From the NCBI GenBank assembly GCA_937876455.1, contig CALFIG010000254.1, forward strand, positions 351 through 64,350: a stretch of 64,000 nucleotides of DNA. The letters run 5' to 3'. Under the pieces are notes generated by a model. That model was given only the letters and a program-made list of their open reading frames with translations. It did no database searches and had not been told where the DNA came from. Of this stretch, positions 37,792-46,724 are shown one piece after another. The stretch is from an uncultured Flavobacterium sp. (lineage in GTDB: Bacteria > Bacteroidota > Bacteroidia > Flavobacteriales > Flavobacteriaceae). A program made the position numbers and the translations under genes. How positions within the stretch are numbered: position 1 is the stretch's first letter; each line of letters opens with the position of its first letter.

Positions 37792-39558
37792 ATGTCACAC
37801 GATCACGGTCATCATAAAGAAACATTCATTACTAAATATATTTTTAGTATTGACCACAAAATGATTGCTAAGCAATACCTAATCTCTGGTTTGTTAATGG
37901 GGATAGTAGGGATAGTTTTATCGTTATTCTTCCGTATGCAAATTGCATGGCCAGAGGAATCATTTGAGGTATTTAAAATATTTTTAGGTGAAAAATTAGC
38001 ACCAGGAGGTGTAATGCGTAATGATATTTATTTAGCATTAGTTACGATTCATGGTACCATAATGGTATTCTTTGTATTAACTGCAGGATTATCAGGTACA
38101 TTTAGTAACTTGTTAATTCCATTGCAAGTAGGTGCAAGAGACATGGCATCAGGATTCATGAATATGTTATCTTACTGGATGTTCTTTGTATCTTGTGTAA
38201 TCATGATTGTTTCATTATTTGTAGAATCAGGACCTGCCTCTGCAGGTTGGACAATTTATCCACCATTATCTGCTTTACCCGAAGCTATTCCAGGTTCAGG
38301 TTTAGGTATGACATTATGGTTAGTATCTATGGCTATATTTATTGCTTCTTCATTAATGGGATCTTTAAATTATATTGTTACAGTTATTAACTTAAGAACA
38401 AAAGGAATGACTATGACAAGATTGCCATTAACAGTTTGGGCATTCTTCGTTACAGCTATTATTGGAGTTATTTCATTTCCAGTATTATTATCAGCAGCTT
38501 TATTATTGATTTTTGATAGAAGTTTTGGAACATCATTCTATTTATCAGATATCTTTATTAAAGGTGAAGTTTTACATTATCAAGGAGGATCACCAGTATT
38601 ATTTGAACATTTATTCTGGTTTTTAGGTCACCCAGAAGTTTATATTGTATTATTACCTGCATTAGGTATTACTTCAGAAATTATTGCTACAAATGCAAGA
38701 AAACCAATCTTTGGTTATAGAGCCATGGTAACTTCTATCATTGCTATTGCATTCTTATCAACAATTGTATGGGGTCACCACATGTTCGTTTCAGGTATGA
38801 ATCCATTTTTAGGTTCTGTATTTACTTTCACAACCTTATTAATTGCAATTCCTTCTGCTGTAAAAGCATTTAACTATATCACCACCTTATGGAAAGGTAA
38901 CTTACAATTAAATCCAGCTATGTTGTTTTCAATTGGTTTAGTTTCTACTTTCATTACGGGAGGATTAACAGGAATTATTTTAGGAGACAGTACACTTGAT
39001 ATTAATGTACACGATACGTACTTTGTGGTTGCTCACTTCCACTTAGTAATGGGTATTTCTGCATTATATGGTTTCTTTGCTGGAGTGTACCATTGGTTCC
39101 CAAGAATGTTTGGTAGAATGATGAACAAAACGCAAGGTTATATCCATTTTTGGGTAACGGCTGTTTGTGCGTATGGTGTTTTCTTCCCAATGCATTTTAT
39201 AGGAATGGCTGGTTTACCAAGAAGATATTATACAAATTCTGCCTTCCCATTATTTGATGAATTAGCAGACGTTAACGTATTAATCACAGGTTTTGCTTTA
39301 GTAGGCTCTGCATTCCAATTGGTGTTTTTCTGGAATTTCTTTTATAGCATTTTTAAAGGTAAAAAAGCGGAGCAAAATCCATGGAAATCTAATACACTTG
39401 AATGGACTGCTCCTGTAGAACACATGCACGGAAACTGGCCAGGCGAATTACCTGAAGTACACCGTTGGGCATATGACTATAGCAAACCAGGTCATGATGA
39501 TGATTTTGTTCCTCAAAATGTTCCAATGAAAGACGGAGAAGAAGAATTACATCACTAA
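37792..39558 (+). CDS. coxA: Cytochrome c oxidase subunit I (type A heme-copper oxidase, aa3-like)
   Basis: DHKMI, HGTIMVF, GWTIYPPL, FWFLGHPEVY, WGHHMF, VAHFH. Confidence 0.97.
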   Translation: MSHDHGHHKETFITKYIFSIDHKMIAKQYLISGLLMGIVGIVLSLFFRMQIAWPEESFEVFKIFLGEKLAPGGVMRNDIYLALVTIHGTIMVFFVLTAGLSGTFSNLLIPLQVGARDMASGFMNMLSYWMFFVSCVIMIVSLFVESGPASAGWTIYPPLSALPEAIPGSGLGMTLWLVSMAIFIASSLMGSLNYIVTVINLRTKGMTMTRLPLTVWAFFVTAIIGVISFPVLLSAALLLIFDRSFGTSFYLSDIFIKGEVLHYQGGSPVLFEHLFWFLGHPEVYIVLLPALGITSEIIATNARKPIFGYRAMVTSIIAIAFLSTIVWGHHMFVSGMNPFLGSVFTFTTLLIAIPSAVKAFNYITTLWKGNLQLNPAMLFSIGLVSTFITGGLTGIILGDSTLDINVHDTYFVVAHFHLVMGISALYGFFAGVYHWFPRMFGRMMNKTQGYIHFWVTAVCAYGVFFPMHFIGMAGLPRRYYTNSAFPLFDELADVNVLITGFALVGSAFQLVFFWNFFYSIFKGKKAEQNPWKSNTLEWTAPVEHMHGNWPGELPEVHRWAYDYSKPGHDDDFVPQNVPMKDGEEELHH

Positions 39559-39581
39559 GATATTAATTTCATTCACTATAT

Positions 39582-39610
39582 AAAGACCTTGCTTGCAAGG
39601 TCTTTTTTTT
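39582..39610 (+). terminator. Intrinsic terminator of the act-cox operon
   Basis: AAAGACCTTGC-tt-GCAAGGTCTTT followed by a T run. Confidence 0.85.
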
Positions 39611-39767
39611 GTGTATATACTAAAAAAGGTACAGTAGTTTTAGATACCAGTCCTTCAAGGTCTAAAATAGAATAATATACTCATATAAAAATACGCTCCT
39701 TGTTGTAAAGCGTACTAACTATAATCTATCAAAACAATTCCACGGGTTATAACTTCTATACGTGGAG

Positions 39768-39848
39768 TATAGCCGCGATTGAAGTGGTATCTTTATTGCT
39801 TTGGGATGGATAAAGCCGCAATAAAATAAAGCGGAAAGCGCGACTATA
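39768..39848 (+). ncRNA. Probable Flavo-1 RNA motif copy
   Basis: TAGCCGCGATTGAAGTGGTATCTTT...[TTTATTGC/GCAATAAA hairpin]...ATAAAGCGGAAAGCGCGACTATA. This fits the Flavo-1 pattern as I remember it (TAGCCnnnATkGAAGCGGyATCyTT...ATAnAGCGGAmAGnnn) with GCG/CGC pairing. Not verified by covariance search. Confidence 0.6.
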
Positions 39849-39876
39849 AGTCGAATGTACACTAACTAAGTGCTTC

Positions 39877-41229
39877 TTAAAATCCTAAAATGGCTTTAGC
39901 AATAGTGAAGTAAATTAAAATTCCTAAAATGTCATTGCTAGTAGTAATAAATGGTCCTGTTGCCAAAGCTGGATCAACACCATATTTGTCTAAAATAATA
40001 GGAATAAACGTGCCAATTAACGATGCAAAAATAATTACGGTTAATAAGGCGATAGAAACGGTAATGCCTATCATTAATTCGAAGCCTAATAAATAATGAC
40101 TTCCTAAAATCAATATCAAGGACAATAAAGACCCGTTTAATAAGCTTAAGGAAAATTCTTTTAACAAACGATTCCAAAGACTGCCTGTTAACGAATTATT
40201 AGCCAAACCTTGAACTACGATAGCACTTGATTGCACACCTACATTACCCGCCATAGCGGCAATAAGAGGTGTAAAGAAAAACAAGTTTCTATGCCCTTCC
40301 ATAGCAGGTTCAAATAAACCTAGCACGTGTACCGATACAAATCCGCCAAGAAGTGCCAAAACAAGCCAAGGCAAACGCGCTTTTGTAAGTTCAAGCACAC
40401 TATCATCAGCTTCTACGTCTTGTGAGATACCCGCAGCCAACTGGTAATCTTTGTCGGCTTCGTCTTTGATGACATCAATAATATCGTCAATGGTAACGCG
40501 CCCTACTAATCTGCCCAATTCATCTACAACCGGAATGGCTTCCAAGTCATACTTTTGCATAATACGCGCCACTTCTACATCTTTAGTATCTACTTTTACA
40601 TAATCTACTTTTTTGATATATACTTGGCTAATAGGTGTTTTTGTAGAGGTTGTGAGTAAGTCTTTTAACGATAATCTTCCTTTTAATCGGTCTTCATCAT
40701 CAACTACATAAATAGAGTGTACGCGAGTAACATTTTCGGCTTGCTGACGCATTTCTTTTACACACGTAAGCACATTCCAGTTTTCGTTTACTTTTACGAG
40801 CTCTTTAGCCATGATACCTCCGGCTGTATTTTCGTCATAACGTAAAAGGTCTACAATATCTTTAGCGTGTTCTACGTCTTCTAGTTCAGAGATTACTTCG
40901 GCTTTTTTAGACTGAGGCAATTCCGCAATAATATCTGCTGCATCATCTGTGTCTAATTCGTCAAGCTCTTCGGCAATTTCTTTTGCAGATAAATTGCGTA
41001 GAATTTTTTCACGTACTTCTTCGTCTAACTCAAGAAGTATTTCGGCTGTTTTTTCAGAATCTAATAAGTTAAAAATATAAATGGCATTGTCTTCTTCAAG
41101 CTCATTCATAATTTCGGCTATATCAGCAAAGTGAACATCATGCAAGAGTTGTTCTAACTCATGAGATTGATTTTCATGAATTAAATTTTCAATTTGCTCG
41201 ATAAGTTCTTTACTGATTTTAAATTCCAT
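39877..41229 (-). CDS. mgtE: Magnesium transporter MgtE
   Basis: N-domain, tandem CBS domains, [10 protein letters not shown] and [17 protein letters not shown] motifs. Confidence 0.96.
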   Translation of the reverse strand: MEFKISKELIEQIENLIHENQSHELEQLLHDVHFADIAEIMNELEEDNAIYIFNLLDSEKTAEILLELDEEVREKILRNLSAKEIAEELDELDTDDAADIIAELPQSKKAEVISELEDVEHAKDIVDLLRYDENTAGGIMAKELVKVNENWNVLTCVKEMRQQAENVTRVHSIYVVDDEDRLKGRLSLKDLLTTSTKTPISQVYIKKVDYVKVDTKDVEVARIMQKYDLEAIPVVDELGRLVGRVTIDDIIDVIKDEADKDYQLAAGISQDVEADDSVLELTKARLPWLVLALLGGFVSVHVLGLFEPAMEGHRNLFFFTPLIAAMAGNVGVQSSAIVVQGLANNSLTGSLWNRLLKEFSLSLLNGSLLSLILILGSHYLLGFELMIGITVSIALLTVIIFASLIGTFIPIILDKYGVDPALATGPFITTSNDILGILIYFTIAKAILGF

Positions 41230-41995
41230 CGGCAGCTATTTTTTTGGTTAATTGAATAAAATCTTCAACAGCTAATTGCTCTGGTCGCAGTGCAAAGATA
41301 CTATCTTCTTGCAACTTTTCCGATAAGTTTAAACTTTTTAAGCTATTTCTTAATGTTTTTCTGCGTTGATTGAAGGCTGTTTTGACTACAGTGAATAATA
41401 ATTTTTCATTACAGTCAAGCTTAAAGTCTTTTTTTCTAATCATGCGCATCACACCCGAATCTACTTTTGGTGGCGGGTTAAACACGCTTGGCGGAACGGT
41501 AAACAGGTACTCACAATCATAAAAAGCTTGTGCTAATACTGACAAAATACCATATACTTTACTTCCTTTTTTTGAACAAATACGCTCGGCAACTTCTTTT
41601 TGAAACATACCCGAAAATTCTGGAATTTGCGTACGCATTTCAAGAGTTTTAAACACAATTTGTGTTGAAATGTTGTAGGGAAAGTTGCCAATGATAGCAA
41701 AAGGTTCGTTTCCAAAAACCTTTGTGAGGTCGTATTTTAAAAAATCTTCAGAAATAATTCGGTCTGCTAGATTCAAATAATGCGTTTGTAAATAGGCCAC
41801 AGATTCTTTGTCAATTTCAATGACATAAGTCTTGGTGGGTTTTTCTAATATATATTTTGTCAATACACCCATTCCTGGGCCAATTTCTAATACTTGGTCA
41901 TAACCAGAAAGCGTAAGGCTATCGGCAATGTTTTTTGCAATGCTTTCATCTTTCAAAAAGTGTTGACCTAAGTGTTTTTTTGCTTTTACAGACAT
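41219..41995 (-). CDS. rsmA: 16S rRNA m6,2A1518/1519 dimethyltransferase RsmA (KsgA)
   Basis: [47 protein letters not shown]. Confidence 0.97.
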   Translation of the reverse strand: MSVKAKKHLGQHFLKDESIAKNIADSLTLSGYDQVLEIGPGMGVLTKYILEKPTKTYVIEIDKESVAYLQTHYLNLADRIISEDFLKYDLTKVFGNEPFAIIGNFPYNISTQIVFKTLEMRTQIPEFSGMFQKEVAERICSKKGSKVYGILSVLAQAFYDCEYLFTVPPSVFNPPPKVDSGVMRMIRKKDFKLDCNEKLLFTVVKTAFNQRRKTLRNSLKSLNLSEKLQEDSIFALRPEQLAVEDFIQLTKKIAADGI

Positions 41996-42022
41996 ATATA
42001 TATTTTAAATTCTTAAAATCCC

Positions 42023-42050
42023 AATTCGTAACTCGTAACTCTTAAATTAA
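42023..42050. repeat. Heptamer repeats AATTCGT-AACTCGT-AACTCTT
   Basis: Same family as the AATTCGTAATT repeats in the catabolic operon, lying between the DUF4286 stop and the rsmA start. Confidence 0.6.
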
Positions 42051-42377
42051 TTAGTTTTCATTACTAAAAAACTCATCTAACACTTCAAGTTCTGTTCTAA
42101 AGGCTAGCATTTTATCACCAAACAAACGCGCACCTTCCTCGCGAAGTTTAGGCGCATGGTAGGTGTAGTAATCGTTTAGTTTTTCTGCAGTATCTGTAAA
42201 ATATTGAACCGAATAAGTGGTGCCACCAAGTTCTTCTTCTACCAATACTTTTATGAGTTTTGCTTTATGAAACAAACCTGTAGCAAGCACTTCGTTAATG
42301 TGTTTGGTTTTCATCCAGTGAAGCCATTGGTCATGAATGCTATCGTCTATGTTTAGGGTAACGTTATATATAAGCAT
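42051..42377 (-). CDS. DUF4286 family protein
   Basis: MLIYNVTLNID...WLHWMK..HI..VLATG...GGTTYSVQY, in its usual position upstream of rsmA. Confidence 0.85.
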   Translation of the reverse strand: MLIYNVTLNIDDSIHDQWLHWMKTKHINEVLATGLFHKAKLIKVLVEEELGGTTYSVQYFTDTAEKLNDYYTYHAPKLREEGARLFGDKMLAFRTELEVLDEFFSNEN

Positions 42378-42393
42378 GTTTTTCTTTTTTTGG

Positions 42394-42401
42394 CAAAGAT
42401 A
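42394..42401 (-). promoter_or_regulatory. -7 element (TATCTTTG) for DUF4286-rsmA-mgtE
   Basis: Reverse complement of caaagata, 16 nt upstream of the ATG. Confidence 0.6.
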
Positions 42402-42530
42402 CGCTATTTTACATTGTGAAAGGAGTTGCTCGTTTTATGAAAAAACAGTAGGTGATTTTAAACTTTTAGTTATATTTGTTTAGGAATGAAATTTGATTAT
42501 GTAGTAGGAATACGGAAATGGTTTGTATTA

Positions 42531-42561
42531 CTCTGCAAAGTCAGGAAACTTTTCTGAGTTG
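42531..42561 (+). repeat. 31-bp imperfect direct repeat, copy 1 (hairpin-forming)
   Basis: CTCTGCAAAGTCAGGAAACTTTTCTGAGTTG; 25/31 identical to 43020-43050. Confidence 0.75.
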
Positions 42562-42597
42562 GGCAATATCCATCATTTAGTAATAAAACACCATAAT

Positions 42598-43008
42598 ATG
42601 AAATATTTAATTATCTGTTTCTTCTTTTTTTCATGTAGTGATTGGGATACAAGATTAATTCTAATAAATAAGACACATAATACCATAAGGCAGTATTACC
42701 AAATAATGAATTTGAACGATTCTATTCCAGATTTGACTTCTTGTGATAAAATAACTCTCTATGACGTTCGTCCAAATAGTGAAGAGATACTCAGAACTCA
42801 AAATAAATGGAATATATACTTAAAGGGAAATCACGATAAAATATTACGAATATTTATTATAAATGAGGATTCATTGTCAAAATATGGAACTTGTAAACTA
42901 TTTAAAGAACAAATTTTTATTAAACGTTTTGATTTAACTTATAAGGATTTAGAGAGATTAAAATGGAGAATCACCTTCGACTCCAGCTCTGCAAAGAGTT
43001 CTAATTAA
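42598..43008 (+). CDS. Hypothetical lipoprotein
   Basis: MKYLIICFFFFSC-SDWD lipobox-like N-terminus. Start placed at the ATG at 42598, because the ORF-track start runs through repeat copy 1. Confidence 0.7.
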   Translation: MKYLIICFFFFSCSDWDTRLILINKTHNTIRQYYQIMNLNDSIPDLTSCDKITLYDVRPNSEEILRTQNKWNIYLKGNHDKILRIFIINEDSLSKYGTCKLFKEQIFIKRFDLTYKDLERLKWRITFDSSSAKSSN

Positions 43009-43019
43009 ACTAAACCCCG

Positions 43020-43050
43020 CTCTTCAAAGTCAGGAGATTTTGCGAAGTTG
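43020..43050 (+). repeat. 31-bp imperfect direct repeat, copy 2
   Basis: CTCTTCAAAGTCAGGAGATTTTGCGAAGTTG. Confidence 0.75.
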
Positions 43051-43079
43051 TAACAGGTATTAAAAATAAATATAAAGGC

Positions 43080-43250
43080 ATGAATATTTTAAAAGCAATA
43101 AGCTTAATTGTAGTGGGTGTTTTTTTTACTTACTACACTTATAAACACCCAAATAAAACTTTTCTAACAAAAGATATTGGTGGTTATATAGGAGGTATAA
43201 CTTTTATTGTTTTAGGTATATTAGTGCTATTTGGTAAAATCAAGCTATAA
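43080..43250 (+). CDS. Small two-helix membrane protein (56 aa), not in the ORF track
   Basis: MNILKAISLIVVGVFFTYYTYKHPNKTFLTKDIGGYIGGITFIVLGILVLFGKIKL*, with two hydrophobic segments. Confidence 0.6.
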   Translation: MNILKAISLIVVGVFFTYYTYKHPNKTFLTKDIGGYIGGITFIVLGILVLFGKIKL

Positions 43251-43251
43251 C

Positions 43252-43360
43252 CCGTTGACGCGGATATGTCCTCTAACGGATAGTCCCGCTCCCGCGCGAA
43301 ACGAAGTTCAGCGTAGCTAATCTTTCGCGTGGTAGTTAAACCCTAATTAACCAAAACCAC
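43252..43360. other. GC-rich multi-hairpin intergenic element
   Basis: CCGTT/AACGG, CGCGAAA/TTTCGCG and GTGGT/ACCAC stems in a locally GC-rich stretch. Confidence 0.45.
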
Positions 43361-43420
43361 CAACGCTAAAAACTTGCGGGTTTATTTTCATAAAACGCAG
43401 TAGGTTTTTAAACTTCTACT

Positions 43421-43428
43421 TATCTTTG
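43421..43428 (+). promoter_or_regulatory. -7 element (TATCTTTG) directly before ruvB
   Basis: TAnnTTTG match only 5 nt before the ATG at 43434. Confidence 0.6.
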
Positions 43429-43433
43429 TGTTT

Positions 43434-44456
43434 ATGAATGAACATTTAGACCCAACTCAGGACAATTTTTCTCCGCAAGATTTAGATATTGAGCGCGCTT
43501 TGCGTCCGCTTAGTTTTGATGACTTTGCAGGACAAGAACACATTCTTGAAAACTTAAAAATTTTTGTAAAAGCCGCTAATCTCAGAGGTGAAGCTCTAGA
43601 TCATGCGCTTTTTCATGGTCCACCTGGGTTAGGAAAAACAACACTTGCCACTATCTTAGCTGGTGAGTTAGGTGTAGGGATAAAAATTACATCGGGGCCG
43701 GTACTCGATAAACCAGGCGATTTGGCGGGTTTGTTAACAAATTTAGAACCTCGAGATGTTTTGTTTATAGACGAAATTCATCGATTGTCTCCCGTAGTAG
43801 AAGAATATTTGTACTCCGCTATGGAAGATTATAAAATTGACATCATGATAGAAAGTGGACCTAATGCACGTACGGTCCAAATCAATTTGAATCCGTTTAC
43901 ACTTGTAGGAGCTACCACGCGTTCAGGGTTATTAACAGCACCAATGCGAGCGCGTTTTGGAATCCAAAGCAGGCTGCAATATTACAACAAAGAACTCTTA
44001 GCCACAATTGTAGAACGAAGCGCTTCCATTTTAAATGTGCCTATTGACCTTGATGCGGCTATTGAAATTGCAGGCCGAAGCAGAGGTACGCCACGTATTG
44101 CAAATGCTTTACTTAGACGCGTACGTGATTTTGCACAAATAAAAGGCAACGGGTCTATTGATACCGAAATTGCACGCTATGCGCTCAAGGCACTTCACGT
44201 AGATGCACACGGTCTTGATGAAATGGATAATAAAATTTTAACTACAATCATTGACAAATTTAAAGGAGGCCCTGTCGGACTTACGACACTGGCAACTGCT
44301 GTAGGCGAAAATGGCGAAACATTAGAAGAAGTGTACGAACCTTTTTTAATTCAAGAAGGGTTCTTAATGCGCACTCCACGAGGCAGAGAAGTAACCGAAA
44401 AAGCATACAAGCATTTAGGGAAAATAAATACCAATATTCAAGGCGGATTGTTTTAA
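43434..44456 (+). CDS. ruvB: Holliday junction branch-migration helicase RuvB
   Basis: [51 protein letters not shown]. Confidence 0.98.
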   Translation: MNEHLDPTQDNFSPQDLDIERALRPLSFDDFAGQEHILENLKIFVKAANLRGEALDHALFHGPPGLGKTTLATILAGELGVGIKITSGPVLDKPGDLAGLLTNLEPRDVLFIDEIHRLSPVVEEYLYSAMEDYKIDIMIESGPNARTVQINLNPFTLVGATTRSGLLTAPMRARFGIQSRLQYYNKELLATIVERSASILNVPIDLDAAIEIAGRSRGTPRIANALLRRVRDFAQIKGNGSIDTEIARYALKALHVDAHGLDEMDNKILTTIIDKFKGGPVGLTTLATAVGENGETLEEVYEPFLIQEGFLMRTPRGREVTEKAYKHLGKINTNIQGGLF

Positions 44457-44565
44457 GTGTGACAAACTGTTTAATTTAAATTTGAAAGGTTTACTTTTTT
44501 TTACCTTTATTCTTTTGAATTAATGAATAAAACGTTGGCTTTTAAGGCAAAATTAAACTAAGATT

Positions 44566-44628
44566 TATCAAGCATCAAACACCCAACACCCAACATCAAG
44601 CACCCAACATCAAACATCAAACATCAAA
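44566..44628 (+). repeat. Nine-unit 7-bp tandem array (CATCAAA / CACCCAA / CATCAAG)
   Basis: TATCAAG CATCAAA CACCCAA CACCCAA CATCAAG CACCCAA CATCAAA CATCAAA CATCAAA. Confidence 0.9.
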
Positions 44629-44631
44629 ATT

Positions 44632-45561
44632 CTGATTTCTAAATCCACATATACAAATTCAATAAAAGAAAAGGCTTTATCACTTGGCTTTTTGTCTTGT
44701 GGCATTTCTCGTGCCGAATTTTTAGAGCAAGAAGCACCGCGTTTAGAAAAATGGCTCAATGAAAACCGTCATGGACAAATGAGCTATATGGAAAATCATT
44801 TTGACAAACGGTTAGATCCCAGATTGCTTGTTGATGGTGCAAAAAGCGTTATTTCGTTGCTGTTAAATTACTATCCAACGGAGCAACAAAATCCTAATAG
44901 TTACAAAATTTCAAAATATGCATATGGCGAAGATTACCATTTTGTTATTAAGGAAAAATTAAACGCTTTATTGCAGTTTATTCAGCAAGAAATAGGCGAA
45001 GTAAACGGGAGAGTTTTTGTAGATTCTGCTCCTGTATTAGATAAGGCCTGGGCAGCAAAAAGCGGACTTGGCTGGGTGGGTAAAAACAGCAATTTAATTA
45101 CACAAAAAGTAGGGTCGTTTTATTTTATTGCCGAATTAATTGTAGATCTTGAATTAGCCTATGACACACCCACAACAGACCATTGTGGTACCTGCACGGC
45201 TTGTATAGATGCTTGTCCAACGGAGGCTATTGTAGCGCCTTATGTCGTTGACGGCAGTAAATGCATTTCTTATTTTACAATAGAATTAAAAGAGAATTTG
45301 CCCGAAGACATGAAAGGCAAGTTTAACGATTGGATGTTTGGATGTGATGTGTGTCAAGATGTATGTCCATGGAATAAATTTGCTACACCACATCAAGAAC
45401 CTTTATTTCATCCCAAACCCGAATTGCTTGATTTCACAAAAAGAGATTGGGAAGAACTTACCCAAGAAACGTTTCATAAAGTATTTAAAAATTCGGCAGT
45501 AAAGCGCACTAAATTTGAGGGCTTGACGCGAAATATTAGTTTTTTAAACAAGGCTAAGTAG
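44632..45561 (+). CDS. queG: tRNA epoxyqueuosine(34) reductase QueG (start uncertain: CTG 44632 or TTG 44692)
   Basis: [59 protein letters not shown]. Confidence 0.95.
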   Translation: MISKSTYTNSIKEKALSLGFLSCGISRAEFLEQEAPRLEKWLNENRHGQMSYMENHFDKRLDPRLLVDGAKSVISLLLNYYPTEQQNPNSYKISKYAYGEDYHFVIKEKLNALLQFIQQEIGEVNGRVFVDSAPVLDKAWAAKSGLGWVGKNSNLITQKVGSFYFIAELIVDLELAYDTPTTDHCGTCTACIDACPTEAIVAPYVVDGSKCISYFTIELKENLPEDMKGKFNDWMFGCDVCQDVCPWNKFATPHQEPLFHPKPELLDFTKRDWEELTQETFHKVFKNSAVKRTKFEGLTRNISFLNKAK

Positions 45562-46570
45562 ATTCTCGTTCAATAATCGTCGTGTCTAGTTCAATTGTTT
45601 TTGGCGAAAAAGTAATGCCTTTTTTCTTTGCATTAATTTCTTCTAACAAAACATTGAATGCCTGTTTGCCCATTTCAAAACTAGGTTGGTCAACGGTGCT
45701 TAATTTTGGCGAAACTACTTGCGACATAAACCAATTACTAAATCCTATAAGTTTTATGTCTTCGGGTACTCGAATTTTGTGATCGTTAAAGTAGGCTAAT
45801 ACACCCACAGCAACTAAATCGGTAATGGCAAAAATACCATCGACATCGGGATGACTCGCAATGATTTGTTCGGCAAAAGTTTTACCTTCTTCAAAAGTAA
45901 CATCTGTGCAGGTATAAACTAATTTAGGGTCAAAAGAAATGTTATGATCTTCTAATGCTTTTTTATAGCCTAAAAAACGGTCAATTGCATTTTGCGGGTT
46001 TACGGGTCCACGAATATGAGCAATTTTTTTGCAGCCTTTTGCAATTAAATGAGATACGGCATGATAAGCAGCCTTTTGGTCATTAATAATCACTTTAGAA
46101 CTAGGAATGAGTTTAGATATTTTATCAAATTGTACTAGCGGAATCTCTTTTGTAATAATTTGTGATAAATAGGTTTCGTTATTTGACTCATTAGACAGTG
46201 AAATAATAATTCCATCGACACGTTTTTGCACCAAGAGTTCTATTTGTTTTTTTTCAGACGCTACCGATTCACTACTTTGTAGGATGATAACTAAATAACC
46301 GTTTTTTTCGGCTTCTTCAATAATCCCTCTAATTACGTTTGAAAAAAAATGGTGCACCACTTCAGGAATCACTAAGCCAATGGTTTTTGATTCTTGTGTG
46401 CGAAGATTTACGGCAAAACTATTGGGCATATATTGAAGACGTTCAGCCAATTCTAAAACCGACTTTCTTGTGTTTTCATTCACATCGGTATATCCTTTTA
46501 AGGCTTTTGAAACCGTAGTTATGGATATGCCTAATGTTTCCGCAATTTGTTTTAGCGTTATGTTTTTCAT
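45554..46570 (-). CDS. LacI-family transcriptional regulator
   Basis: [37 protein letters not shown] hinge, periplasmic-binding-like effector domain. Start at the ATG at 46570. Confidence 0.96.
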   Translation of the reverse strand: MKNITLKQIAETLGISITTVSKALKGYTDVNENTRKSVLELAERLQYMPNSFAVNLRTQESKTIGLVIPEVVHHFFSNVIRGIIEEAEKNGYLVIILQSSESVASEKKQIELLVQKRVDGIIISLSNESNNETYLSQIITKEIPLVQFDKISKLIPSSKVIINDQKAAYHAVSHLIAKGCKKIAHIRGPVNPQNAIDRFLGYKKALEDHNISFDPKLVYTCTDVTFEEGKTFAEQIIASHPDVDGIFAITDLVAVGVLAYFNDHKIRVPEDIKLIGFSNWFMSQVVSPKLSTVDQPSFEMGKQAFNVLLEEINAKKKGITFSPKTIELDTTIIEREST

Positions 46571-46603
46571 TTTACAAATATGCAAAAAAAATAAATACGT
46601 AAT

Positions 46604-46639
46604 CGAAAACGTTTTCGGTAATTTCGAAAACGTTTTCGA
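46604..46639. promoter_or_regulatory. Tandem LacI-type operators CGAAAACGTTTTCG
   Basis: Two perfect 14-bp palindromes with a central CG at 46604-46617 and 46625-46638, centres 21 bp apart, between the divergent lacI and TBDR genes. Confidence 0.85.
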
Positions 46640-46724
46640 TAAATTATTCGCATTTTTTTACTACAATAAATTTTAATTTCGAATTTAATTATAACTAAAA
46701 TTATTAACCAATTAATTTTAAAAA

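Noticed and set aside
28102-39558. Alternative complex III plus aa3 oxidase operon as a novel system
   Set aside because: It is already well characterised in Flavobacterium johnsoniae. Absence of subunit III from the operon is the usual arrangement.
42486-42557. 23-aa ORF MKFDYVVGIRKWFVLLCKVRKLF right after a promoter box
   Set aside because: Its second half is simply translated repeat copy 1, and there is no evidence it is expressed. It could be a leader peptide, but this cannot be supported.
44566-44628. Tandem and heptamer arrays considered as possible CRISPR or mini-CRISPR arrays
   Set aside because: The units are 7 bp with no unique spacers, and no cas genes are in the window.
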